This document shows, one piece after another, positions 48,378 to 59,083 of a DNA stretch of 64,000 nt (within the stretch, counting starts at the first letter, position 1; each line of letters begins with the position of its first letter). Location of the stretch: positions 6,852-70,851 of IMG/VR virus record IMGVR_UViG_3300025362_000007; one strand, given 5' to 3'. The notes below the pieces were generated by a model. It had not been told where the DNA came from and made no database searches. It saw nothing but the letters and a program-made list of their open reading frames with translations. The position numbers and the translations under genes were made by a program. The DNA comes from a virus.

Positions 48378-48899
48378 TTACCCCTGTATAATTCGTATAT
48401 TAGCACTTGAATTTCTATTTTGTGTTATTAGGTTAGATGCCTTCAATAGATTATCTATATCAGTGTATCTGGTATAACGGGAACTACCCTCAGCATATGT
48501 AATATCAATGGTATCCACTTTTTCTCTTATGATACCACCTCTAGAAACATCAGGACTTAAATTTATTCCACCTAACATCCTAACAGCAGCTAAACAAGCA
48601 GCTTGCTTAATGACAGTGGGTATGCCAGATATAAGAGCCCCATCAATATCATATACTAAGCTTCTAGGAAACTGCAATGCTTGTGTAGAAAGTAATTTTC
48701 TTCCCTTAAATACATAAGTGGTATCAAGATACATAGAAGCTCTATTGAGACTTCTTTCAAGGTCAGCCTCAGTAACATTAGTCCACGTAGTATATTGTGC
48801 ACTAGTAAAATAAGAATCGGCATATGCAGAAGCAAACGCTAAATCTACATATGAAGTACTGGTTGCTAATCCTGTTCCATCGGCTACAACAAATGCCAT
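48378..48899 (-). CDS. Head-tail adaptor (DnaT-like family)
   Basis: DGTGL..STSYV, ASMYLD, QALQFPR, EKVDTIDITY. Confidence 0.8.
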   Translation of the reverse strand: MAFVVADGTGLATSTSYVDLAFASAYADSYFTSAQYTTWTNVTEADLERSLNRASMYLDTTYVFKGRKLLSTQALQFPRSLVYDIDGALISGIPTVIKQAACLAAVRMLGGINLSPDVSRGGIIREKVDTIDITYAEGSSRYTRYTDIDNLLKASNLITQNRNSSANIRIIQG

Positions 48900-48902
48900 A
48901 GT

Positions 48903-49205
48903 TTACTCCCCTGCTAATAATAGTACAGTGTATGTTCCGTCTGTTCTATCACTTACTTTTGCTCTAATATGTTTATGTAACCCTGTAATAATCTTTTCGG
49001 TAACTTCATTGGCAGTTACTGCTACAGTTTCAAGTACTACATAGTTAGTCCCATCTAATGACGATTCTAAGGCTACTGTAGCCCCTGTAAAGACATCTTC
49101 TGCAATAATATGAATAGTTACATAAGTAAATAATTGTACGTCCTTGTCAACGCCTACGGTATTTGCGACTACTTCATCTAATAACGTATATTCTAAATTT
49201 TTCAT
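48903..49205 (-). CDS. Hypothetical virion-associated protein
   Basis: ESSLDGTNY motif; in head module. Confidence 0.55.
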   Translation of the reverse strand: MKNLEYTLLDEVVANTVGVDKDVQLFTYVTIHIIAEDVFTGATVALESSLDGTNYVVLETVAVTANEVTEKIITGLHKHIRAKVSDRTDGTYTVLLLAGE

Positions 49206-49735
49206 TTTAATAATCCTTTCCTGTCTAACAATTTATAAGTTAGTTCAACAGCTTTCTCTTTAGTAACTTTAAGAAAAGTGGTATCCCCAAGTGCGTCATA
49301 TTCTTTCAGTATGCTCCTGAGTTTAGCTATTCCCATTGTCTTTATTTCTTTGTTAATTTTATGTTCGCCTAACAAATAGAAATTTCCAAGTTCCTCTTCC
49401 CCTTGTTCCTCTGCTTCTTTAACAGAGACTATTTTAACTGGTATATTAACTGTATCAGCTAAAGCATTGTACTTTCTGTAAAGTTCATCATACTTTTCTT
49501 CCAGCGCTACCCTTGCAAAATGTTCATTCTCATACCTATCTTGCCATTTAATCTCCGTACCACTTTCTTTATATGCTTCAAGAATATTTTTATTCTCTTT
49601 AGATGTATAACCTGCTTTCTTTAGTTGTTCAATGATATAAGCATCCTCGGTTACTAGCACGCCTCTTTCATCAAAAGCACATAAAACGCTACCTTTTTTT
49701 GAATCCCACACTCTTCCTCTTCCGTTAAATACCAT
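49202..49735 (-). CDS. Hypothetical protein
   Basis: AAGGAG RBS; head module. Confidence 0.55.
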   Translation of the reverse strand: MVFNGRGRVWDSKKGSVLCAFDERGVLVTEDAYIIEQLKKAGYTSKENKNILEAYKESGTEIKWQDRYENEHFARVALEEKYDELYRKYNALADTVNIPVKIVSVKEAEEQGEEELGNFYLLGEHKINKEIKTMGIAKLRSILKEYDALGDTTFLKVTKEKAVELTYKLLDRKGLLK

Positions 49736-49821
49736 AATTTTTTCTCCTTATTAATAGCAAAGGTGATGCCTTGCACCACCTTCACTTTATACTACTTTAA
49801 TCATTTTTACAACACAGTGCA

Positions 49822-50784
49822 TTAAATCAATACAATAGCGTATTCCCCGCTTGATGCCCCGACAACGACCTTGCCTACAACTAGTTTTTGTGCGTCCTCA
49901 GTAGCAGCGACATCTAAGTCAAGATTGACTGTAGAAGCAACTCCCCCCACCATAAGTGTATTAATTTTATAACTAAGCGCACTAAGAGCAACTTCTGTAG
50001 TCCCATTTAATGTAAGTACTAAATTGGTTTCATCAGCACCATCAGTAGCTTCATGCACAATAACAACATCAGTTGTTGAAGCACCATCTGCTACAAGTGT
50101 AGCTATTTTATTATAAGCATAACCATCAGTAATAGTTTCAATACCAGCAGACAATACTCCTGATGCTAAAGTTACAAGTGTGGCTGATGCTGATGCTTCT
50201 GATACAGTTATAATGCCAGAACAAACCGCATCAATAGTAATACCCGAAACAGTAGACCACAGTGCCGAAGCAGTGTCCACCTCAGTAGTACCATTAACAG
50301 CAAGCTCCTCAGTGATATAATCACCAGATGAATCAACCCCATACAAAGTAACCGTTTGGGAAGTATCAAGCGCACTATCCGAAACTATAGTAACAGTGTC
50401 AGTACTTGGTTGATTTGCGATAGTGAAATCTCCACCATCAACAGAAGCAATTTCAGTACTAATTAAATCAGAATCGATAAGCGCAATAGCTTTACCATTA
50501 GTGCCAGCTTTCACTTTTTGTCCAGCAACTAATGCTGTTCCAGCTTCTACATATACAAGCCCAGTTTCAATATCAAACATATCATCAATTGCCCGAACTC
50601 CATTTTGATTTGCCCCAATTACTCTAGCCGAATTAACTGATGCCTGTTGAATATTTCCTGTAGAAGCATTTCTTTCGACAAGACGATTGCTATTGATAAT
50701 AGCATCGGCTTCTAATCTAGTAATGAATTTTGATGTAAGTGTTTCCCTAATTGCGGGATTTTTTACAGCATACTTTTTTAACAT
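49822..50784 (-). CDS. Capsid decoration/cement-like protein with inserted domain
   Basis: Follows MCP; VEAGTALVAGQKVKAGTNGKA and terminal VVGKVVVGASSGE. Confidence 0.6.
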   Translation of the reverse strand: MLKKYAVKNPAIRETLTSKFITRLEADAIINSNRLVERNASTGNIQQASVNSARVIGANQNGVRAIDDMFDIETGLVYVEAGTALVAGQKVKAGTNGKAIALIDSDLISTEIASVDGGDFTIANQPSTDTVTIVSDSALDTSQTVTLYGVDSSGDYITEELAVNGTTEVDTASALWSTVSGITIDAVCSGIITVSEASASATLVTLASGVLSAGIETITDGYAYNKIATLVADGASTTDVVIVHEATDGADETNLVLTLNGTTEVALSALSYKINTLMVGGVASTVNLDLDVAATEDAQKLVVGKVVVGASSGEYAIVLI

Positions 50785-50846
50785 AATTTTCTCTCCTATA
50801 AATGTAGTGGGGGTTTTACGCCCCACATTTGTTCCATTTACCTAAT

Positions 50847-51875
50847 TTACACTAATGTGCTTCTACGAAGCCCTGAAATTTTACCGTGCATTTTTTGGTG
50901 TGAATAGTCCACGCCCATATGCCCAAGGAATTGTCCTTTCATAGCTGCACCACTTTTTGCTAAATCTTCATAAAGCAATAAGCCCTGATTACCAAGGTCG
51001 GTAACAACAGAGTTGAATACAGGTCTGATTGCATCCATAGAAGCAAAGAGAATAGTATCCGTACCAGCACCAGTGACATTTACCATTGGTTCGTACACAA
51101 CACCAACAGGCCCAAAGTCAGTTAAAATAACATCAATCTTAACTCCACCAATATCCCAAGCAGTAGGTTGATTACCAAAAATCTTACTTATATTTTGTTT
51201 CTGTGTTGCAGGAACAAATAAAAGTGGTGTGTTTTGGAAAGCCATGTTGTTAGTACCTTCTGCCATTGTTCGGAAAAGCTCTTGTAAAAGTGCTTCACTT
51301 AATTCTGCACTTGCGGCAGCAATAGCATTGGTTGTAGCCGCAGTAGAAACCCCACGGGAAAGAGATGAGACATCAGTACCAGTAGACATTTGGTATACCC
51401 CATTGATACAAGCATAGTTATAGTCTCTCGCAATTTTTTGTAAGATGTATGCTTTGCGTTCAGCGATTAAACCTTGAACTGCTCCACCCTCTGGTGCAAT
51501 ATAACCAACCCCACCATGAACAATACCAGTAGCTAAACGAGCATCAGTTGAAAGTTTCTTATAGGAAATATTCACTGCTTCTTGATAGATACCTACAGCA
51601 TTTCTCTGTTGGTCATACACAGGAGAAGTAGCCCCGGGAGCAGTATAAGAATCTGTCTCGTCAATGTCTGGCTGTGCAGCCGCAGGGAAATCGTATTCAT
51701 TTGTCATGACAAAATCAAAATCGTGTACAATTCTCATGTTAGCAGCATTAAGCCCACCCATGAGTGTGAGGAAAGGTGTCCCTGTTCCTTTACCTTGTAC
51801 TGCGTTTGCTGTCCATAATTGCCCTTCATAATGTGGGCTATTCCAATAATTTGTAATTCCTGTAATTTGTGACAT
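50847..51875 (-). CDS. Major capsid protein (DUF5309/SU10-like)
   Basis: TPFLTL, NAVGIYQEAVNIS, TDFG, EDLAKSG, HGKISGL; follows scaffold. Confidence 0.85.
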   Translation of the reverse strand: MSQITGITNYWNSPHYEGQLWTANAVQGKGTGTPFLTLMGGLNAANMRIVHDFDFVMTNEYDFPAAAQPDIDETDSYTAPGATSPVYDQQRNAVGIYQEAVNISYKKLSTDARLATGIVHGGVGYIAPEGGAVQGLIAERKAYILQKIARDYNYACINGVYQMSTGTDVSSLSRGVSTAATTNAIAAASAELSEALLQELFRTMAEGTNNMAFQNTPLLFVPATQKQNISKIFGNQPTAWDIGGVKIDVILTDFGPVGVVYEPMVNVTGAGTDTILFASMDAIRPVFNSVVTDLGNQGLLLYEDLAKSGAAMKGQFLGHMGVDYSHQKMHGKISGLRRSTLV

Positions 51876-51905
51876 AAATGTCCTCCATTAAAAATCAAGC
51901 TGTTT

Positions 51906-52781
51906 TTATTTTTCAGCATGCATTTTTGCTAATTTTTCTGACAGGATTAGTCTATCTTTTAATGTAATTTTAGGATCATCCAATTGTGCAATCAATTTAT
52001 CTTTTACACTTGGCCCAGCATTCGAGTTAGCCCCAGCACTACCACCACCACTATTATCCGCAGATAAAATGTATTTTTGGTGTTTTGCATCACTAGCCCA
52101 CGCATCCCAATACTTACTTAAAGGAATAGAATCTTTCCCCTCTTCCTTGAAAACAACTGTAAAGTTATCCCCATCCGTTTCTGCAATTTCGGCTCTGCCT
52201 AAATTAGCTTGCAGGATTAATGACTTATCTTCTGGATTCACATTAATTCTGGCGAGTTCGTTTTCTACAGCTTCTTTTTTAAGTTTACTAAAATACTTAC
52301 CTTTGTAAGTTCCAACAGCCGTAACTAACTTCTCTAATTCTGCTTCTAAAGGTTTTTTGTCCTCTAAAAACTTTGCTTCAAACTCTTTCTCTTTCTCTGC
52401 TATCTCAGAAGCATGTCTAGATTTAAGTTTATCAATATCAAAACCACCATCGTTTTCCTTAATAACTTCTTTCAAAGAAGTAAGTTCCTCAACAGCAGCA
52501 TTATATTTTGTTACAATGTTCTGGTCAACTTTCCCCCACTTTTCTTCCATTGAAGTTTTGTAGGTAGCAAAATCTTCTACTGCTTTCAATTTCTCCTGTT
52601 TGATTGTATCTCTATTCTGTAAGATACCTTCGTTTGCTTTATAAAAATTCTCTGTAAATTCATCATAATCAAATGTTACTTTAGAATCTTCTGGTAATGC
52701 ACCGTTAATGCTGTCTGCAAATCCCTTCATTTGTAGTAAAAACTTTTGCACACTTTTTACATCACTTAAATCATACTTCAT
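51906..52781 (-). CDS. Capsid scaffolding protein
   Basis: Charged coiled coil with SGGGSAG linker, between portal and MCP. Confidence 0.75.
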   Translation of the reverse strand: MKYDLSDVKSVQKFLLQMKGFADSINGALPEDSKVTFDYDEFTENFYKANEGILQNRDTIKQEKLKAVEDFATYKTSMEEKWGKVDQNIVTKYNAAVEELTSLKEVIKENDGGFDIDKLKSRHASEIAEKEKEFEAKFLEDKKPLEAELEKLVTAVGTYKGKYFSKLKKEAVENELARINVNPEDKSLILQANLGRAEIAETDGDNFTVVFKEEGKDSIPLSKYWDAWASDAKHQKYILSADNSGGGSAGANSNAGPSVKDKLIAQLDDPKITLKDRLILSEKLAKMHAEK

Positions 52782-52847
52782 AATTTAAACCTCCAAGGTT
52801 TTATTTCTTGCTTATATTAACACTTTTACCATAATGTGTCAATATAG

Positions 52848-54464
52848 CTATTCTTCTATTTGTTTAGTAGCATCAATTTGTAGTGGATTTGGCACTACAG
52901 CGTCTACTTCTGCTTTCTTTTTTATATCTTCGTCTGCTTCCTCTATAATCTTTGCATCTTTCTTATTAACATATATTGGTGAACTTTTAGAAACAACCAT
53001 CTTTCTTCCTTTCTTAATCAAAGCTAGTTCCTCTTCTAACGATCTAGTTGCGGAGGCTAATTCCCCTCGTTGCATTGCCCAATAATATGTTTCATGACTA
53101 ATATTACCAGCTTGCAATTCTTTACCCATAGCAATAAGTGTATTAGCATCCATGATAATTGGTGAAAAGTCTTTATTAATGTGTACAGTAATACTGTTGG
53201 TTTTAGCTCCCCTCCAATCTGCAATTATTTTTATTGCTGTTTCTGCAACTCCTTCAATAGTAGTGGCTACATCAGATAATATCCCTTGTTCCCCAGCCCT
53301 ATGAATTAATGCTGCTTCACCTGATTCTGCTTTACCAGCAGTTGTCGCTAATATCTTAGTACCCAGCACTGCCATTAAATTCTCTTTAGAATCTAATGCT
53401 TCTTTTATAGCATCGAGGCCTCTACCTTCATATTCCAAATATTTTGCCGTACCCCCTGGAGCTATAATTATTCCCCTAGAACTACCAATAGCAATTTCTT
53501 GTGCTTCATCGGGCAAGCCACTAAATACAGCTGTGGGTGATGCTGTCCATGCGATAGCTTTTTCATAAAATGCTGTATCTCTATAGTGAGCTAAGTTGAC
53601 ATTTACTAAATCCTCTATAATAGATTTACTTAACGTCCACGTAACTCCTTGGGCTGTAACAGGTATAAAAGGAATTTGTGTTAGCTTTTCTCCATTCTTT
53701 CGGGGATACACAATCTTTTTAATTTCATTAGCCGACCCTCTATTCATTCCTTCGGTTATAGCAACTGGTTCAACTATTATTTGTCTATAGTACCCATACT
53801 CGTCTAACTCTAATACTCTATAAGTAGTTTTTGCTACTGGTGTAAAAGAATCAATACGCACATAATCAATTTCCCGCAATATTACAAGACTAGTTACTAT
53901 CTTATTGTTTACTCTAGTTTCTTCCCAATTTATAATACTCTCCGCAGGGTACATTGTTGCATAAGGAGAAAAATTATATTTCTTCTCGTCTGCTTTAGTA
54001 AATGGGCTACCACTGTCTCTATATGGATAGTCAATAAAAATACCAACTCTATTAGTGGTAATTACTTCGGTTTCAACTTGCTCTAAAAACGTATTTATAG
54101 ATTCCCCTTTAATAGTAAAATTACTTTTTAAATCTTCTATCTCTTTTGGCAAATCTACTATGGGTGATTTTCTGTTCAAGAGCCCTCTATAGGCTTCAAC
54201 AGTCCGTCCTGTAGCATTAAACAACATTGCATACTCTACAAACTGTTTATAGTCTCTGTTGCCTTCCTCGTCATATGCGTGCCCACCAAGTCTAGCTAAA
54301 TACTTTTCTCTTTTAGCAAGGGTTTTTAATTCGGTTTCCCCCATTAATATATCACGGGCTTTACTCCATAAAGGAGAATACTTATCGTATTCAGGGTGAG
54401 TGTACTCTATGCCATTTATATATTTTTTTCCCTTCATCTCTTTTATATAGTTTGTTATAGCCAA
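52848..54464 (-). CDS. Portal protein (DUF4055-like)
   Basis: HPEY, YPAESIINW, IPFIP, NLAHYRD, ESGEA; follows terminase. Confidence 0.88.
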   Translation of the reverse strand: MAITNYIKEMKGKKYINGIEYTHPEYDKYSPLWSKARDILMGETELKTLAKREKYLARLGGHAYDEEGNRDYKQFVEYAMLFNATGRTVEAYRGLLNRKSPIVDLPKEIEDLKSNFTIKGESINTFLEQVETEVITTNRVGIFIDYPYRDSGSPFTKADEKKYNFSPYATMYPAESIINWEETRVNNKIVTSLVILREIDYVRIDSFTPVAKTTYRVLELDEYGYYRQIIVEPVAITEGMNRGSANEIKKIVYPRKNGEKLTQIPFIPVTAQGVTWTLSKSIIEDLVNVNLAHYRDTAFYEKAIAWTASPTAVFSGLPDEAQEIAIGSSRGIIIAPGGTAKYLEYEGRGLDAIKEALDSKENLMAVLGTKILATTAGKAESGEAALIHRAGEQGILSDVATTIEGVAETAIKIIADWRGAKTNSITVHINKDFSPIIMDANTLIAMGKELQAGNISHETYYWAMQRGELASATRSLEEELALIKKGRKMVVSKSSPIYVNKKDAKIIEEADEDIKKKAEVDAVVPNPLQIDATKQIEE

Positions 54465-54474
54465 AACACGCTCC

Positions 54475-56967
54475 TTATGATAATACTGTTCGTATTTTTC
54501 GAGAGCGATGCACTTTATGCACTACTCTATATTTGATTTCATCGACAACGTGATCCTCTTGTTCTTTAGCTATTTCTTCAATCCTATTCTCATCTCTCAT
54601 AATTATAGGCAAAGTTCTAGCTACATGCACATTCGTATTGAAAAAAAAGATACACTTCCTGTCCATATTAGGATAATTCAAAGAATTTTTCAAGTGAGTC
54701 CTCACCATCTCCCATCCTATTACATTAGAACCAGCTCCCTTTGATGCTTTTGTAAACACATCAAACAGTTTGTATGACTCTTTTCCATAGTAGCCAGCGT
54801 TAACTTCTTGTGCAATAGACATATATGAAGAATCATATTTTGGATTCTTATTCCATAACTGTGTATCGGCTGGCCCAGGATATACTTTGTGGATATTTTT
54901 AAATACAGGGTTGCTCTCTTCCATCTGCTTAACTCCGTGTCCTACTTCATATCCAGTGAGGCCACACCCTTCATTCTCTTCACCATTCCAACCATACCAT
55001 TCTGCTATTCTAAATAAAATACCAGCAGGATATGTGTATTTACTACCATCTTTCAGGGTAACTTCTGTACCATCACTTTCTGCGTACCAACCAATAGAGA
55101 ACGGAGCAGAAGAACCCCAATCGAGTGCTCTATCAACATACCAAGAAGAAGGTATTTCAAAAGGCTCAATCATGTGTACTTTTTCGTCCCACACATCATC
55201 AAACATCCCCCCTGCTATAGCATCCCAATCTCCTTCTAATAGCATTTTAGCTGTAGCAGCATTTCCAACACCCATAACTCTGCCTTCATACTCTTCTTTG
55301 TCAATAGAAGGATTATCGTCTAATGTAGCAGGAATAAATTGTCGCAACATACCCCCCATAGTCTTAGGCATCTTTACAATAGTAAGTGGGGGAGCTACTT
55401 TTACAAACTCTTTTCTTATTTTTGAATGAGATATACCTCCTGGGTTAGTGCCTAAAAGTATACGGGGAAAGAAATTCTCCCCCCATTTTTGTCTAAAAGC
55501 CAAAGGTGGTTGCCATGTTTTAGGTGTACGAACACGAGTACGGAGATATGTATATTTACTCCACGTAAAGTGTGTGGCCTCATCTATCATCAAAGCATCC
55601 ATCTCAGCCCCTTGATACTTGTACTTATCTTTCTCATACAAACAGTGACAGAGGTGAATAATACTTCCTCCCATATAGCCCCCACGAGGCCCATTCTTAA
55701 ACTGAATCTGATAGTCAGAGTTATTTATCTTTACAAATTTATCATCCACAGCATCACCCAGTAGTTCATGGAATGACCCTTTACCTGTCATATGATTATC
55801 TTCCAATTCTTTACGAGTTAAACGAAACAAATATATTTGTGCTCCTGGAGCTTCCATAGCCCATGTAATTGCAGCCACACGCATAAGAAAACTATTGTGT
55901 GTGGGAACTAATTCCTTACCTGCTAAGTATGTATGATTAGGGCTATCTACCTGAATACACTGCTTTGCTCTCGCTGGTATTCTGCGTATAGCCTTAATAT
56001 AGTATCTACTATTTTTTTCTGTACGCTTCTTCTCAGGTAGTTTGTCTTGCTCTAATTTTATTCTAGAAAATTCTTTTGTGCCCTCAAATCTTACCCGTAC
56101 TTCATACTCCCCTTTGTAGTTATTGAACTCAAACTCATTATGTGAACTTGTAATAGCACTACGTATCCCTAAAGAACGAACTAGTTCAACTATATCTTCG
56201 GCAAACTTCTGTGTTCTACAGTGGATACCTATTCTACTTTGTTTTAATTCAGGGCTACCTGATATATCTATAATCCCTTGAAGAACAGAAAGCCTTTGTT
56301 CTCTATCCCCATACTTATACATATCGGGAATTACTTTGTTATCTTCGGACAAACCTACTAAAGCTATGTGCTCATAGAAGTCCTTTGGGTTGGTATATTT
56401 CCCACCACAATAATCAGCTAATTGCCAAGTACTTCCCATAGCACTTGCTTGTTGTACCATGAGATCCTTTTTACGTTTTTTTAAAAACCCACCATTACAA
56501 AACATCCCTACTAAGTAGGGGTCAACTGGAAAATCTTTTGTTGGAAAATTTAAAAAAGGTGCTCCCTTAACTATAAACTTACTTCTATGAGTATCTGTAA
56601 ACAACCCTTCTCTAAGTAACTGCTCTGTGGTCAATAAAGCATTACGCCTTCCTAACCGTCTTTCAACAAGCCACCCATGCCTGCCATCGCATACTAACGT
56701 AGTACCACGATTAAATTCTACCTCATAAGTTTTGGATTTTGTATTTATAGCACTTTTTGCTAGTACATTGCATAAATTACCATTTCCCCCAAATACTTTA
56801 TCCCCTACTTCTAAAGTTTCCATTGTTTTCCAACAAGTATCAGTGAGTATTGGTGTGTGTATGTCTAATGCTTTTCCCCCACCTACAGCCCCACCATACA
56901 ATATTTCATTCGCAGGGGAGGTAAGTGCAATTATTTGCTTGGGGTGAAGTTCAATATTTAGTGCCAT
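54475..56967 (-). CDS. terL: Terminase large subunit containing an intein
   Basis: YGGAVGGGK|S Walker A, IDEATH, TNPGG, LEGDW, ALDWG, EDHVVDE. Confidence 0.95.
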   Translation of the reverse strand: MALNIELHPKQIIALTSPANEILYGGAVGGGKALDIHTPILTDTCWKTMETLEVGDKVFGGNGNLCNVLAKSAINTKSKTYEVEFNRGTTLVCDGRHGWLVERRLGRRNALLTTEQLLREGLFTDTHRSKFIVKGAPFLNFPTKDFPVDPYLVGMFCNGGFLKKRKKDLMVQQASAMGSTWQLADYCGGKYTNPKDFYEHIALVGLSEDNKVIPDMYKYGDREQRLSVLQGIIDISGSPELKQSRIGIHCRTQKFAEDIVELVRSLGIRSAITSSHNEFEFNNYKGEYEVRVRFEGTKEFSRIKLEQDKLPEKKRTEKNSRYYIKAIRRIPARAKQCIQVDSPNHTYLAGKELVPTHNSFLMRVAAITWAMEAPGAQIYLFRLTRKELEDNHMTGKGSFHELLGDAVDDKFVKINNSDYQIQFKNGPRGGYMGGSIIHLCHCLYEKDKYKYQGAEMDALMIDEATHFTWSKYTYLRTRVRTPKTWQPPLAFRQKWGENFFPRILLGTNPGGISHSKIRKEFVKVAPPLTIVKMPKTMGGMLRQFIPATLDDNPSIDKEEYEGRVMGVGNAATAKMLLEGDWDAIAGGMFDDVWDEKVHMIEPFEIPSSWYVDRALDWGSSAPFSIGWYAESDGTEVTLKDGSKYTYPAGILFRIAEWYGWNGEENEGCGLTGYEVGHGVKQMEESNPVFKNIHKVYPGPADTQLWNKNPKYDSSYMSIAQEVNAGYYGKESYKLFDVFTKASKGAGSNVIGWEMVRTHLKNSLNYPNMDRKCIFFFNTNVHVARTLPIIMRDENRIEEIAKEQEDHVVDEIKYRVVHKVHRSRKIRTVLS
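55894..56871 (-). mobile_element. Class 3 intein (326 aa) with LAGLIDADG-like domain, inserted in the terminase P-loop
   Basis: Starts with Ala (ALDIHTP); HGW in block B, QCIQVD in block F, PTHN|S end; LQGIIDISG. Confidence 0.9.
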
Positions 56968-56979
56968 ATACTTTTATCC

Positions 56980-57576
56980 TTATTTCTTTGCTTCAATAAC
57001 GTCCTGATAATCCTTGATTTCGTAAATCTGCTTTACTTCCCGTTGGTGCACATTGAGATTAACTATAAAGCTACTAGCTTCCCCATCAGCTTCTTTTGGT
57101 GAATAGGCTAATAACTCTTTTAGCGCTTGGGCTCTGTTAGCTAAGTCTACTTGCATCCATACGTTATCTTGATTTTTAGGGTGTACCATTCTTTTTATCC
57201 CTTCAACAACAACCGCATCAGCCCCAAGTTCCTTTTGATAATTTTTTACATCAAACCTTGGTTGTCCCTCTTCATCAATAAACTTAAAAGGATCGTAGAA
57301 AGCCCTGCGCCATAGTGTATCCATTATCTTAGCTTCTAACTTATCTGCTTTATCAGCCAGTACATATTTCATAAACTCTTTTATAGCTTCTTGAACTGCT
57401 TCGGAAGTAGCTACTTTCTGCGCATCTTTTACCTTGGCAGAGTTTGCCGCTAATTTAGAATTAAAGCCATTTAAACAATATTCTGCTACATAAGATTGGA
57501 CAGATGGTTCAAGTACCTTAAAATACACAGAATCAGATAAGAGATTAGCTATTACATCTACATTTTTACTATTCAT
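56980..57576 (-). CDS. terS: Terminase small subunit
   Basis: YVAEYCLNGFNSKLAA N-terminal motif; directly upstream of terL. Confidence 0.75.
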   Translation of the reverse strand: MNSKNVDVIANLLSDSVYFKVLEPSVQSYVAEYCLNGFNSKLAANSAKVKDAQKVATSEAVQEAIKEFMKYVLADKADKLEAKIMDTLWRRAFYDPFKFIDEEGQPRFDVKNYQKELGADAVVVEGIKRMVHPKNQDNVWMQVDLANRAQALKELLAYSPKEADGEASSFIVNLNVHQREVKQIYEIKDYQDVIEAKK

Positions 57577-57866
57577 ATACTTATACTCCCCTTTCTGTCT
57601 TTTTGAGGGTCATATTTTAATACATCGATTGTTTTGCCCGCATCTGTCAGAACATACGCTCGTGTATTAAATGATATCCTTACAGGTTCTTTTTTACTGT
57701 ATTCAATCAATAAATGTGAATAGGGAATATCCCCACCACCATCATCATACACAATATCCTCTAATGGCCCACCACTATTTGTAAATGTGTACGCATCTAC
57801 ATAATCGTAAGTTTTTTCTCGGTGTAGCCCCTTTTGTAATCCTATTACTTTTATAAACATATTCAC
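57573..57866 (-). CDS. Hypothetical protein
   Basis: AAGGAG RBS; AYVLTDAGKTID. Confidence 0.55.
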   Translation of the reverse strand: MNMFIKVIGLQKGLHREKTYDYVDAYTFTNSGGPLEDIVYDDGGGDIPYSHLLIEYSKKEPVRISFNTRAYVLTDAGKTIDVLKYDPQKDRKGSISI

Positions 57867-57926
57867 TCCTTTATGCTATTTCTATACCATATATTACCTT
57901 GTTTTTATAGGTTCGTCAATATAGTA

Positions 57927-58925
57927 CTATTTATCTTTAGATTTCCACATAAACCCGCCTGCTGTCTTATAACTTCCCTTACAGACATGGCTTATTGACC
58001 CAGCACCTACACCCACCACCTTAGCGGCTTCTACAAAACTAGAATACTCTGCTATAAACATACCATCTAACGTATACTGTAACACAGCATGAGAAGGATG
58101 TCTGACAACATACTCTTCAATAGGAAAATTATTATCTTTATATCTCCAAACAAACCCCCGTGATGCTTGTTGTACCCCCTGACACACCCTGATAATTGAA
58201 GATGAATCAGCCCCCGTAACATCACTAGCAAGTTTTACCCTACTCCATTCTTTTATAAAAGTACCGTCTTTTTCATACTGCAAAATAGATCTACCAATAG
58301 CATCCTTAAATACATCTGTGCGATGAGTTCCATACATAGGATGTTTATCTCCTATACGACCATAACAAGGAGCAAGTACCCCTTTTTTACCATACATAGA
58401 ATTATTCTTTCCTGACATTCTTTTACTTGCCGCTTTCCTTCTTTCCTCAGTATAACTACCCCTCATATTTTTGAGAACCGCTTCACTCCGTTTCTTGCCT
58501 GTATTTGCTATTCTTATTTTCTGTTTTGTTTCTTCACTAGGGCGTATGCCTGTACTAGATACAGCCATCTTTTTCTTAGATTCCTTCGAAGGATACCTCC
58601 CACAAGCCCCCTCTCCCCCATGAGTCATATTATACCCATTACTAGATAAGAACGTCCCGAATAAATCTATGTATAGTATTTCTACAGCAGGCAATTCATC
58701 AATGGGTATATTGTCTTCTAATACACGCCAACTAAAAGCAGTCTTCCCATACTTTTTTATTGCTTTATGAAAATGCACCCTTGGCTTCCTTAAAAAAGAA
58801 TTAAAATAATGTGTTGATTTTCGGTAATTTACCCCACCCGTTGTTTGTCCAATATACATCTTTCCATTCACTTTGTTAGTGGCACAATAAATTAATCCTG
58901 TTCTTTTTTCTCCCATATCAATCAC
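57927..58925 (-). CDS. Free-standing GIY-YIG homing endonuclease with NUMOD repeats
   Basis: LIYCATNKVNGKMYIGQT, GYNMTHGG, SEETKQKI, two NUMOD1-like QY..DG.FI domains. Confidence 0.9.
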   Translation of the reverse strand: MIDMGEKRTGLIYCATNKVNGKMYIGQTTGGVNYRKSTHYFNSFLRKPRVHFHKAIKKYGKTAFSWRVLEDNIPIDELPAVEILYIDLFGTFLSSNGYNMTHGGEGACGRYPSKESKKKMAVSSTGIRPSEETKQKIRIANTGKKRSEAVLKNMRGSYTEERRKAASKRMSGKNNSMYGKKGVLAPCYGRIGDKHPMYGTHRTDVFKDAIGRSILQYEKDGTFIKEWSRVKLASDVTGADSSSIIRVCQGVQQASRGFVWRYKDNNFPIEEYVVRHPSHAVLQYTLDGMFIAEYSSFVEAAKVVGVGAGSISHVCKGSYKTAGGFMWKSKDK

Positions 58926-59083
58926 CTAAATAAAAAAAGTGTATCATTCGTGTTGGATAGTTACTCCCAACCCCATTGTATAGATAATGGTTGAATAATA
59001 CACTTTTTTATTCTATACTTTATTTCAGTTAACTACTCTGATAATATTATTATACCATACACAGAGCTTTATGTCAATATAGG

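Noticed and set aside
40233-56947. Many short + strand ORFs over the structural genes (likewise - strand ORFs over the left arm, e.g. the poly-Ser ORF at 22313-22660)
   Set aside because: Antisense shadows of long real genes; poly-Ser mirrors the Glu/Asp-rich SSB tail
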